A stretch of DNA of 64,000 bases from Parasitella parasitica NRRL 2501 (taxonomy: Eukaryota; Fungi; Mucoromycota). Each line of letters opens with the position of its first letter. Position 1 is the first letter of the stretch. Made by a program: the position numbers and the translations under genes. Below, in pieces: positions 26,481 to 40,692 of the stretch. The notes under the pieces were generated by a model. The model was not told the DNA's origin and did no database searches. It saw nothing but the letters and a program-made list of their open reading frames with translations. Location: NCBI GenBank assembly GCA_025201805.1, contig MU619250.1, forward strand, positions 272,425 through 336,424, given 5' to 3'.

Positions 26481-27933
26481 TGAACCTGTCAAATAAAAAC
26501 AGTGCAACGTATAGTTTATTAGACTTGAAATCCTATTATTATCACTTCATTACTGGAACCTGGATAATAGAAAAAAAGAATCATCGCCATACTACCAGTT
26601 GTTGAACACATGTGTAGTGTCAAATTATACAGCGTCCCCCATGAATATTCATATCCCAAAATTTGTAATAACGATTAGGTTTCCAAAAGTGCTATCAATC
26701 CTACTCTTACGTTCTGTAATTGTAAACTAAATGTTTCAATGCAGATTTCGCTTGTCAAAACAGATTTTGTTTTTGTCCCTACAGCATGTATTGTCGCCAT
26801 GAGGGTATGAAGAATGACTTTCTGAATGAGCTCCACACTTAATACTCTTTCTAACCAACCATAGTTCTTGGGACCACGCCAAATTAAGGTATCACTGAAA
26901 GATTTGCACTGTTAAACGAGCAGGCAAAGTATTAAAAGTCAGATTTTTTTTTGCTGATCCTTTCAGGCCTTCCAGAAACCCCTATGACCCCTCATGAAAA
27001 ATCAACTTTTTACGAAGATCCAATTTTATATCCCAAATACAGCAACCAAGTGGCCTACCTCTTAGAAGAAAAACTTTAATAAAAGCAATAAAAATCATCA
27101 CAAAGCTTTCAAAAGAAAATTTCATTATAAAAATATTTAATTAAAGGCGAAAAATGAATTTCTAGTTTAATAGTTTTAGTTTGTTATTCTCATAATAAAA
27201 CTTGTTTTTTGTTTTTACGATTTTGTAGAGCGCAATAAATAGCATATCTTGGAAATTTTTGTTTTTTGTTAGTTACTGATAACCTTCTTAAATGATGATA
27301 AAAACAAAAATTTGGATCTCGTTTTTGGTATATTTGGCCATTTTGGAAGATAAAAAATCGAATGTTTTAAAGCCCAGTTTAAGCAGCAATAGTCTTAAAA
27401 TTGAGGTTTTTTTTTGTTTTTTTTTTGGTAAATATCGACATATGATCCGCAGATTATGCACTCATCCTATACCACCTCCTCAGCGATCAACATGCCGTTG
27501 TCCAGGCTTACTCTGCTCGGCTATATTTACTTGCGTCATATCTTATACAATTCAATATAAATACTCATCTAATCTTTCTCAATAAAACATTCCAGAAATG
27601 ACCCCGAAGCACAAAAATTTACACATCTGTCATTGTGCTTCACACGATTGCACAGGCTGAAAAGACTTGGGCACCGTAGATTTATTCTTGCCTTGTCAAA
27701 TTTTCTCACTCCAGTGAAATTTTTCCCTTTTGATATTGTCACACTAAACTTTATTATAAAGTTTTTATTCCTGTTTAATAATGTAAGTTCAAAACCGTAG
27801 AAAAAAAATCATGAAAAAAAAAAACAAGACGAAAAAAGAGTGAGGTATTTGATACACGGGAAGAAAAAGGACTAAAAGGAAGACTATCTATATGTTACAT
27901 GGACCGTACATGTTGTTTTTTTTTTTTTGAAGT

Positions 27934-29617
<1,684 letters not shown>

Positions 29618-31236
29618 TTTTTGTTTTGTTTTTTTTTCAGGAAAAAAGAGAAACAAGAAGAAGAAAAAAAGAAAAAGGAGAGGATTAGTTAAAATGAAGG
29701 GGATTTTATAAAAAGTGTCGAAAAGAGCCCAGTTACACGAGATGTATTAATTCAGTTACGTTTCATTCCGGGGAAAGGTCAAAAGTATATAACCTGTTGC
29801 TGACAAAAGGACATGGATTATGTACAGTTGAAAAATGCTATTTTTTTTGTCTGTGGCTAGACAAGGGCTTTGACTTTTCTTCTTTTCATCTCGAGAATCA
29901 ACATGGTCAAGCTTTATGATCGAAATATCACACCGTTATTGTTTCATCCGAAAGCACCCTTTCGACTCTGATATGGTAATGTATATTTGTTTTTTTTTTA
30001 GAGCGGAGACCTGCTAACATTTACAAATCTTATATATCTGCCAGATTTGCTGAATTCGACTTTAGAAAGTACAAAGAGATGCAGTGTGGGCAATTGAAAG
30101 ACCAGCCTGGTAAATAGGCACAGTTTTTTACGTGATCATCGTAGGAAAGATGTGATATATACCTCTGTCCGATTTTTCTACAAAGCTAATGGAAAACGAT
30201 GGAACGCAATCATCTTCTCTGTCGTAAATCAAATTGATAAGCGTGATATATACCGCCTCTCGTATCACATTCCCTGCTTTTCGAAATATGTTCGAGTGGC
30301 TGAAGAAACGCAAAAGCTTCAAAAAGTAGCGAGCAGCTGGACCCTGAAATCCAAAGAAAAAAAAAGCATCCGAGTACGAACTTGGCCACATTCAACCGAT
30401 CATATTGCAATGCATTCAGACTTGTGCGTATTGCTTTGCTCGCTGAAAATTACAACCTACTGTATATTCTCCAAGAGAACATGCCTCCCAGCTTGAAGGA
30501 CGGTACTTGATATAGAGTTGGTTCAAGGAAAGAAGACAGAGCCAAAAAGTCTGATATGACTCCATTTGTTCATACCTTTTCTAGATTTTTCTCGAGAGAT
30601 CATATTATACTTGACTAGAGCCCGTTATTGATATTATATAGAGAATTGTAAACTATATCGCACTGATCGATAGTATGCCTAATTCCGATGAAAATGGATT
30701 TGCACCTCATCTCTTTTAGCAAAATCAACAAAAGACAATAGGCACCACATCCAAAAATCAAGCAAACGTTATGCTGACCAAGAGATATCGAATGGACATA
30801 CAGGATTTGCAAGAAATAATCTTCAAGGTCATCAAAGAAAAAAAAAATGGATATAAAGAGCGAGTTTTGACACACAATTATTAGCAAGATAGGATGAATA
30901 CTAGAGAATATACGCCCTTTATATCATAACGAAGTTTGTTTCCTGCTAAACATGATTGGTTCAGTAGTTTTATGCAAAAAAAAAAAAAAAAAAACTGATG
31001 ATAGAAAAAGAAAACTCTTTCTTTCCTTTCCCCCCCTCTCTCTCTCTCTGACATCTATTACGCTATATATATATTTTCTTTTCTTGGAATATCCCTGCTT
31101 ATATCATAAAATATATACAACTTTAGATCATTTAAAACGCAACGCACAATACCATCATATATAAATTCAAGGTAGTATGAAATCGATTAAAAGCACCCGT
31201 CGCGTACAGCATCAAACTGATCCATGCTATAGAACC

Positions 31237-33351
31237 ATGGAATTATGCACTCATCAAGTACAGTATAACGGTTTATGCGCCGTATGCGGTTCATTAATAG
31301 AAATGTAAGCCAAAAATCAAATCGAGTGTGGAGCTGATGGTATGACTATAGAGACTCGGATGATCCGTCTGGAGCAGCCATTGGCAACAGCAATGTTCGT
31401 ATGGGATATGACATGGTTGGACTGACAGTAAGCCGTGAAGTAAGTTTTGTGTGCAAAAAAAAAAAAAAAAAAAAATAGGCGCGCAACTGTCAAAACTGAT
31501 TTGGCCCAACATGTGTATTAGGAGGCAGAGAAATTGGAAGCCGAGAATGCGAGGAGGCTACTGAAAATTCGGAAATTATCCCTGATTTTGGATTTGGATC
31601 AAACAATCGTGCACGCTACTTGGGATAAACGACTGAAGGACGCACAGTTCAAGAAAGACGATAAAGATATCCGACAATTTACACTGCCAGGTAGCGATGT
31701 TGTATATTATATTAAGCTAAGGTACGTATGCAGCGTTGTTTGTAAAGAACATAGTGTGTACCCAGTTGCTCGACTAGGCCGGGATTGGCAGAGTTTTTAA
31801 ATCAAGTGGAAGAAATGTACGAATTACATATATATACCATGGGCACAAGGGCTTATGCAGAGGCAGTAGCAAAGGAGATTGATCCCAGTGGGTCAATATT
31901 CAAAGAAAGGATATTATCCAGAGATGAGAGTGGAAGTGAGTACTTTTGGATATATATTGGCTGTTCGCACTAAAGTCGCTCGAACGCGCTTGCAACAGGT
32001 ATCACACAGAAAAGACTGCAAAGACTATTTCCCTGTGACACTTCCATGGTGGTTGTACTGGACGATCGATCGGACGTTTGGAGCTTTTCGCCAAACTTGA
32101 TACGAATAAAACCATGTAAGTTTCCAACTGATTTGCAGTAGGTCTTTTGCTTATCAACGAATATAAGACGAGGTTTTTACGGGCACTGATGATATCAACG
32201 GCAGCAACCACCAGACGACACAGAAAGTGGCTGGTACGTCCGTCAGTTGACAAATTCAGACACATGTGTCTAATATTTCCCCCCCCCCTCCTCCGTTGTA
32301 GATCCTTTAAAAAACGATGACGACGATAACGAATTGAGCACGATTCTACAAGTAAAGTATTGCAAACCTCTCCCCCCAACCCCCAAACCCCAAAGGCCAA
32401 GTTATAGAATCGACGGCTAAAATTTGTGTTTGGTTACCTTTGTAGATCCTGACAACAGTTCACACGCGTTTTTATTCAATGTCTTCTGACGATAAAGAAG
32501 CAGATGTAACCCACATTATACCAAAGATGAAGAAGCAGGTGCTGCAAGGTGTCATTATCACATTTTCAGATGTAATATTGAACCCTGATTTGAAAGATCC
32601 CACACTATCATGGATATGGCAAATGGCCACCTCATTTGGCGCTACTTGCTCAGTCGATCTCACAGGTAAAACGACGCATTTGATTGCTATCTCCACCAGC
32701 AAAAACAAGGTGCATGCGGCGAGAGAATATGGGCATTGCAAGATTGTTACGCCTCTCTGGCTGTTGGACAGCACAGCGAGATGGAAGGTCCAGCCAGAAG
32801 AACGGTATGAACTCCAAGAATATCACACGCCGTCGCCGAAAACACCCACGGAAGACCAAGAGCCGGCCTTGCAGGACGGTCAAGAAGAACAAGAAGAAGA
32901 ATTAGTAGAAAATATCAATTGGGACGATGCAAATAGAGAAGTAGAAGATTTCATCAATGAGAGCGGAATCGATGATATTTGGGGTGACACTGATTCAGAC
33001 ACAGTAGACAGGTAATTTCTATATATATATATATAGGGGAAGTGCAATTCTAAATTATATTAATTAATGTCTAGTTCGTTGCCATCTTCTCCATTATCTG
33101 GATGGAAGCGAAAACGAGACAGTGGCGGAGAAAGTGGCGGAGATGGCTCTGATGATGATAATACGTTGTCGTTGAGTAGTGGGAGTATCTTGGCGGTTCG
33201 CAGGTTAAAAGCGAAAAGACGAGGTAAATCCCATCTGTTCAAAGTGACGCCGGCGCCTAGCTCTGTCTGCACCAGTGGAAACACAAGTGATAATGAGGAT
33301 AGCTCGCTGGAGGATTTTGCTGGTATCCTGGATAAAGCATTAGAATCATAA
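31237..33351 (+). CDS. FCP1: RNA polymerase II CTD phosphatase Fcp1-like
   Basis: CTHQVQYNGLCAVCG, LILDLDQTIVHA (DxDxT), YIKLRPG, YTMGTRAYA, RILSRDE, LDDRSDVW, BRCT domain (TTHLI..IVTPLWLLDS). Confidence 0.92.
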
Positions 33352-33603
33352 ACATAGCAACAATAGCCCTCTTGGCGTCATTGTCCATTTTGAATTAAAA
33401 GAAGGATCTTGTACTTCGATAAGCGCGGGAGGAGGGGTGGGGGGGGGGTAAATGGGAGGCTAAGCGTACATCAATTACCAGCCATTTCCATTTATAATCA
33501 GGATAAAACATGTCAAGCATTTGAGATAAAACCCCATCACTAGGAAATTTTATTTTTCTCTTTTCTTTTCTTCATCAATTTTTGAATACAAAAAAAAAAA
33601 ACA

Positions 33604-34169
33604 ATGCCGACAAGCGAAGAGAGAGAATCGCTTGTTAATCATCAGCATGACTCTCAAGGTCGTTTTGACTTGTCTGCGCAACAGCTGAGCGACTTGTTTG
33701 ACCCAAAGAACGAGGATTTGCTTAAAAAGCTTGGTGGTGTAGATGCCATTTGCAAAAAGATCCGAGTAGATGTCTCGGTTGGTCTTTCTGCGGACGAAGG
33801 TTCTGGTCAGTCTGATCAATCAGCTTTTCAAGATCGCCAAGCTCATTTCGGTAGAAATACTTTACCTGAGCCCAAGACAAAGACTTTTTTGCAGCTGCTA
33901 TGGGCTGCCTACAACGATAAAACACTTATCATGTTGAGGTATTTTTTTCTTTTTTTTTTTTTTTCTCTTTTGCTGGGTGAAATGACGTAGATATTAATCA
34001 TTGCCATTAACAATAACAACAACATGCATACAGCATTGCCTCTTTGGTATCATTGGCTGTTGGTATTTGGGAAGATTACTCTCCTCGCCATCCTGAAGAT
34101 GAACCCCGTGTTGGATGGTAACGTATACCAGATGACAAGTACAATGTCTCTTCACGTATTAATCAGCTC

Positions 34170-34203
<34 letters not shown>

Positions 34204-37022
34204 ATAGGGTCGAGGGCACTGCGATTATTGTAGCTGTGCTAGCCGTGATTCTAACAAATGCCGTAAACGATTATCAGAAAGAAGCTCAATTCAAGAAACT
34301 GAATGCCAAAAAAGAAGATCGAGTGGTCAAGGTGTTGCGAAGTGGCCGCGAGCAACAAATCAGTGTGTATGATGTCAACGTTGGCGATGTGCTGATGTTG
34401 GAACCTGGAGACATCATTCCAGTCGACGGCTTGTTTCTGGGAGGCCATAACATGGCTTGCGATGAGTCGTCTGCCACTGGTGAATCAGACACGATGAAGA
34501 AGAGGACGTACGGTAAGGGGGATTGTTTTATTCTGTCTGGCTCCAAGGTGCTGGAAGGCGTTGGTCGTGCTGTCATTGTTGCTGTAGGAGAAAACTCCTT
34601 CTTTGGCAAGACGATGATGTCAATGCGTGGTGAGGAAGCCGAGGGCACTCCTTTGCAGATGAAGCTGGACACACTGGCTGAACAGATTGCAAAGATGGGT
34701 TTCGCTGCTGCTATTTTGATGCTGCTGGCTCTCGTCATCAAGTATTTCGTCACTGCTGCTCTTGCACCAGAGTTCCCTCCTGCTGCTGATGTCGCTGCTG
34801 CCATGATCTCTATTGTAATTCAAGCAATAACCATCATCGTAGTCGCTGTGCCTGAAGGTCTACCGATGGCCGTCACCATGGCTCTGGCCTTTGCCACTAC
34901 GCAGATGCTTAAAGATAGTAATCTTGTCCGCGTCTTGGCAGCTTGTGAAACAATGGGTAACGCCACAGCGATCTGCTCGGACAAGACGGGAACTTTAACT
35001 CAGAACAAAATGACTGTAACTGAGGGCACTCTGGGCGAGGAATCCTTTGAGTCCCAAGATGCCGCCAAAGACTGGTCCAAGAAGGTCGACCGCAAGAAAG
35101 TGCTCTCTATTGTCTATGAAACTATCGCTCTTAACTCTACTGCGTTTGAAGGAAAAGATGAAAACGGCAACGCTGACTTTGTCGGCTCAAAGACGGAATG
35201 CGCTCTTTTAGGCCTCACCAAGCACTTGGGCAGTTCGTACGACGATCTGCGTCATGATGCTACCATCACCAAAGTATATCCCTTTGCCTCCAAGCGCAAG
35301 ACTATGACCACCATCTCTGAAATCAAGGAAAATTCTGCCACCTCTGCTACCGATGGCAACTACCGAGTCCATGTCAAAGGCGCATCTGAAATTGTACTCG
35401 AGTCTTGCAAATACTACATTGACAATAAAGGCGAAGCTCAAGAGCTGGACGAGAAAGCGTCCTCCAAGTTCAACGACATCATCTCTTCATATGCTGATAA
35501 AGCCCTCCGCACTATTGCCTTGGCTTATCGTGACATTTCCGAGTCCGAGTACAAAAAGGTGAGTGATGAGGAGCCTCCTCTCGAAGAGCTGACCTTGATT
35601 GGCATTGTTGGCATTATGGATCCTTTGCGTCCTGGCGTCGTTGAATCAGTCAGCGCGTTTAGGCAAGCCGGCGTCTTTGTTCGTATGATTACTGGCGATA
35701 ATTTGAATACTGCTAAAGCCATCGCTCGAAATGCTGGTATCTTGACAAAGGGCGGTGTTGCTATGACTGGTCCTGAATTGCGCGCCATGTCTGTTGAAGA
35801 GCAGCGCAAGGTGATTCCTCGCTTGCAAGTGTTGGCTCGTTCGTCTCCCACTGATAAGACCATTGTTGTAACCCGTCTTCAAGAGCAAGATCAAGTTGTG
35901 GGCATGACTGGCGACGGCACTAACGATGGACCTGCCTTAAAGTTGGCCGATGTCGGTTTCAGTATGGGCATTGCCGGCACCGAAGTTGCAAAGGAGGCTT
36001 CTGATATTATCCTGATGGACGACAACTTTAACTCTATATTGAAGGCTTTAATGTGGGGCCGTGCTGTGAATGATGGCGTTCGCAAGTTTTTGACCTTCCA
36101 GCTGACGGTCAACATTGCTGCTGTTGTCTTGTCTTTTATCTCTGCTATCGGCTCTGAAAATGCGGAGAGCATCCTAAGTGCTGTTCAGTTGCTGTGGGTC
36201 AACTTGATTATGGACACTTTGGCTGCTCTTGCCTTGGCTACTGAGCCTCCTACCGAGGATCTGCTTCATCGTAAGCCCATTAGCAAGTACGCCCATTTGA
36301 TCAACTACCGTATGGCCAAGATGATTCTGGGCCAGGCCATTTTCCAAATCATCATCAACTTGATTGCCATCTACGTGGGCCCCCGTATCTTCCATTTGGG
36401 CGACACTCCCTACGACCAAGAAGTTTTGCGCACCCTTGTCTTTAATATCTTTGTCTTTTTGCAAGTTTTCAATGAAATCAACTGCCGACGCATCGACAAC
36501 TCCATCAATGTCTTTAAGGACATATTTGACAACTGGATTTTCATTGCCGTCCAAGTCGCTGTTGTGCTGGGTCAATGGTTGATTGTCACGTTTGGTGGTA
36601 TTGCTTTCAAGACGGTGCCCTTGACTGGCCACCAATGGATTGTTACCGTCCTGATCGGCTCCTTGTCTATCCCTGTAGGCACCATCATCCGCTTGATTCC
36701 TGACTGTGGCTGCGAACGTCGTTTCAATGAAGAAGCAAAGCCTCTGGCCAGCTACTCGCGTATGACCTGGGAAGGTGCCATTGGTGATGTCCGTGATGAA
36801 TTGCGCGTCTACTCCTTGCTGCGTCGTAATCGCGGTAGTAAGTCGCGCGACATTCCTGCTCGTTCCAATACTCAACACTCGAATCCCGAAAGCATGGCCT
36901 TCAGCGCTCCCAATGCCAACTATGGCGCCACCAGCCATGGCAACAAGAACAGGTTCGCAGACCTCGTAAAGAATGCTCAAAAGTATCAACAGCAAAATGC
37001 GAATCACAATGACGGCAACTAA
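33604..37022 (+). CDS. PMC1: P2B-type Ca2+-ATPase (PMC1/PMCA-like)
   Basis: TGES, VAVPEGLP, ICSDKTGTLT, KGASE, TGDN, GDGTNDGPAL, QLLWVNLIMDT. Confidence 0.96.
34172..34201. repeat. (GT)n microsatellite in a PMC1 intron
   Basis: Seen directly; the source of the spurious CVCVCV translation. Confidence 0.9.
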
Positions 37023-38378
37023 ACTTTTTGCTTTTTTCTTGTATCTACTGTAATTTTATATGTCTCTATTACTATAAACAAGCCAATAAAAAAAATGGAA
37101 AAAAGGATTTGTTTTCATTAAAGCCAGGTTATGTTGTAAGAAATGTCGATATACAGCATGGAATTGAAACAATTATGCGCCTTTACCATGTCCCATGTCA
37201 TGTCAAAAACAATAAACCGCCGCTGTTATTTGCCAATGCCTGCATATTGTTATGTGCTTGACTAAAGCAAATAAATAGCTATCGCAATTGTCTATCTGCA
37301 GCGCATTTGCTTTTCTCAAAGGCCGTGCATATTCATGGAGAAAATACAAAATATAAAAATGCAATGGCCAAGATATGCTTCATTTTCTCATGCCGATCCG
37401 TAAGGCCTCCAAATCTTTGAGTTTTGACAAGATTAAACAAGCGTTTCTTTACAAAAATAATAATAATGAAAATGTGAACGCTAGTTTATTGATAGCAATA
37501 GCATTACTAGCTAAAGGACTACTTGACTTTTCTTCCTTTGGGATTTTTGTAATTATCAAGTCATTCATCACGAATTTTGGTACATACAAACTACTAGCAG
37601 CAGTGCAATTCAATTGAGCTTTTTCCCTTTCAGGAAGCCGACATGTTCCCATGTTTAACAATTTCGTAAAAAAAAAAAAAAAGCAGCTTTCGATAACTGA
37701 TTAGGTATTATACATGTGGGAAATTCAACATGACATCATTTGCAGGACACAAGTCGACTTGGGGGTTCGCACAGACTTGCGCAATATAAACAAACATTTG
37801 TCTGGAAATCAGGGCAAAACTGAGTTACGTGGATCACGGGTGTGCGCACCCGCAGCTTTATATCAACAGCAGCATATCGACCAATGGCTTGCCCTGTCTT
37901 TATCGATACATTTCAGGCTCACCAACAGTCATCACAGATTCTGGTCTTCTAGGGGGAGGGGTACATCCTGGTCTTAAATAAATGTCAATATTCACTTGCT
38001 TGGATGTTTTGAATGTAAAACAAAAGCAAGCATTTAGTGAGATAACGAAAAAGTTACGTTAAATAAATTAAAAAAAAAAAAAAAAGAATGTTTCAATTCA
38101 ATATACAAGGTCGAACAAGGTTTCGACAGTATCAGATCAATTATCTCGATTTACATGTTGAGAAAAAAACAAAAGTTCTTTATAGAACAAAGAAAACTCA
38201 AAAACTCAATATAACAGAGGGTTATGGATCTGCTAGAATGAAAAGAGTAAATATTTATATATTTTATTTATAATAAATAAGTGGTGTCATTGAGATGATG
38301 GGAGTTAACATCTCAAATATGGATGGAAAAAAAAATGGTTGTACTGCTATTAAATGATTGTTGTTGTTGGTTGTAAAT

Positions 38379-38713
38379 TTATAATCTATCGCGAGAGTAA
38401 CTATTGTATCCAAGAGAGATGTTAATATTGGCTCGACTGAAAAATACAAATGTAAAACAAGTACTTACGTCTTGGCGAACTTTTGGTTGACGGTCATGAA
38501 CTTGACTTGAGTGTCTTGATCAATGTTTTGCCAAGGGTAAGGGTTGTTGGTACGGTCCCAAACAACTTCAGGGCCTCTGGCGAGACGGGTGAGGTAGTAA
38601 CCAGCTAAACCACAAGCGGAACCAACAGTGATGTAGATGGGGATAATTTCATGCTTGTACCAGATAGACCAGAAAGACTTTTTGGCAGTGTTAGCAGCGG
38701 CACCAGCAACCAT
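38379..38713 (-). CDS. NDUFA4: NDUFA4/MLRQ-like respiratory subunit, 2 exons
   Basis: EIIPIYITVG..YYLTRLARGPEVVWDRTNNPYPWQ..QKFAKT|YSRDRL*. Confidence 0.9.
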
Positions 38714-39943
38714 TTTTTGTTTTTGTAGGACGAAAGAGAGGAAGAATAAGATATTTAGCTTGGTTGCCTGGATGTTTTGATTTATATAGGCCTTTAGATC
38801 TGATTTAAAATTCAGGTCCTTTCACCTTCCAGCCCCCCCCCCCACATTCAAATGTAATTGGTAACGTTAATTTTTTGAGCCTGAAAAATGAATCGAATTT
38901 TTTGATCTAAACAAGCCTGGCCTCGATACCCAATTGAAATGTTATTCCTTTGTCGACATTTTACCGACAAGCATGGTCCGTCTAAATTATTGGTTTGGGA
39001 TAGTTTGGATGGGGTTGATTATTATAAAGGATCTGTGGCCTTACCCAAGTATGAGTAGGAGTGTGCCGTCAAAAAAAAAAAAATCTATGCACATAGATTA
39101 TGCTGCTTACTGTAATCCAATTGACCGTCGATATGTTTGGACATATGCTCCTTTTTTTGTTTGTTTTTGTGCTTGATCAACTCAGATTGAAAATCTGATA
39201 AAAAAGAATCAAAGCCTCCCCTCCACTATTGAACCGAATCCGTGAAAAAGACGTTATAGGGACCCCCCCCAATTCTTTTGAAATAAAAAAAAAAAGCTGT
39301 TTTTATCAATGTCGCTTTAAGATGTGTTTACTTTGTATTTAGCCGCTTAAAATACTCTGCTAGATTTACCTCAACATTGGTGTAATAATATGCTTATGGC
39401 AAGTGCTCAGATTTGGTGTAACACCTTAATGGGATTGAAAGATGGTTACAAAAGTGCGCTGCTGAATTAAATACCAAATCACAAAAGTACCACAAGTGCC
39501 TTTAAAAAAATTAAACAAGAATGAACCTGTGCATTTTCTTTATATCCACAGGAAAAGAGTAGATGTTCAGCGCATAATCATTTAGCAGATGGAAATAATA
39601 GAAAAGCCGATGATGCCGCATGAGAAGAAACGAAGACAATTTGCAATGAGTCATATGAAATTGTAAAGTGCCTGAAAATTGTCATTTGCACTAGTTGATA
39701 TTGTTTTCAGAAAACAACAGGAACAAAGCCTTGGTCAAAATCTATATACATGAATGGTATCTCTGTTTGAAATTTACGATAGATGAAGTTGGAAAGACCA
39801 CATACGTACATAAAGAAGCATTATTATCAAGTGGAGAGACATGCATCTTTGGTACATTATGTGATCAAGCTTTTTGCTAATCCAGAATTAGCCCTGAGAA
39901 GCCTCTTTTAATGATACTAACAGTATACAGCGGCTCCACTCCC

Positions 39944-40110
39944 AAAGTTCGTTTTCCAAAGTGCTAAATTCGCTTTTGTCGTCGACTGAAATTTGCTTTT
40001 TTCGCAGCCGAAAATTCGCTTTTTGATTGGTCAAAGTTCGTTTTTGTAAATCATTCAAATTCGCTTTGGCATCGCCCAAAGTTCGTTTTTACATTTGAAA
40101 AGTTCGCTCT
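39944..40110. repeat. Subterminal array of 8 AAA(G)TTCG(C/T)TTT motifs, 21-23-bp period (mirrored at ~41582-41748)
   Basis: TTCG/TTTG cores at 39948, 39969, 39992, 40015, 40037, 40060, 40082 and 40103. Confidence 0.85.
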
Positions 40111-40131
40111 TAAAAAATTACAAGATATTGA

Positions 40132-40416
40132 CTAGAGTGATTTTTTATTAAAGCATTTTTCAAAATTATTAAGAGAATGATTGGCAGTGTTATAAAAGGC
40201 CTTTCTGCTGACACTTTCACTGGCTTCGACAATTCTGGTTTTCAAGTCTTGTGTTTCTGTAAATTCACTTTGCTTAACCGAATTCTTGATAATGGACCAG
40301 AAGTTTTCAACAGGATTGAGCTCAGGGGAATATGGGGGAAGATATATAGCTCTATAACCTCTCATTTCGATTAAGTTAGTGACACTATCTGAGGTATGGA
40401 TCGGCGCATTATCCAT
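40132..40416 (-). pseudogene. Tc1/IS630-type (DDE_3) transposase C-terminal fragment, left arm
   Basis: MDNAPIH...YLPPYSPELNPVENFWS; 34 residues between D and E; lacks the first Asp and the DNA-binding domain. Confidence 0.9.
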
Positions 40417-40561
40417 AGTAGAGGACGTCGTAGAGGACGTCGTCCTTTTTCAAGCTCAGTCTGCGTCGAAGTGGACGTCGTAGAGGACGTCGTAGAGGAC
40501 ATCGTCCTTTTTGTTTTTCTAAACAATTTATAATTCTTTACAAAAAAAAATTGGAACACTA

Positions 40562-40692
40562 ATGAACACCATAACACGCGAGAAAGCGATTTGTATGTTC
40601 TACTGCGAACCATACAGCAAGGCTCGTGCTATAGACCTTTTAAACGGAATTGAAAATATTGGTCTTGATGTTTGTTACAAAGATGATCCCAC
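40562..40692 (+). CDS. Small cargo ORF start (inward-facing); C-terminus lies in the unreliable loop
   Basis: MNTITREKAICMFYCEPYSKARAIDLLNGIENIGLDVCYKDDPT, with an identical copy at 41000-41130 on the minus strand. Confidence 0.5.

Noticed and set aside
29900-30900. Intron-like signals and a 114-aa ORF between AAT and FCP1
   Set aside because: I could not assemble a stop-free model or recognise a family; possibly a decayed gene, but unsupported.
36174-37007. Long antisense ORFs over PMC1, AAT, hexokinase, PRRC2-like and other genes
   Set aside because: Shadow frames of codon-biased genes, with no motifs of their own.
37716-37730. GTGGGAAATTC resembling the yeast RNase P RNA CR-I
   Set aside because: No matching CR-V/P4 partner found downstream.
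39944-40110. CRISPR-like repeat-spacer appearance
   Set aside because: Repeats (~12 bp) and spacers (~10 bp) are far too short, the context is eukaryotic, there are no cas genes, and the array lies inside a transposon end.
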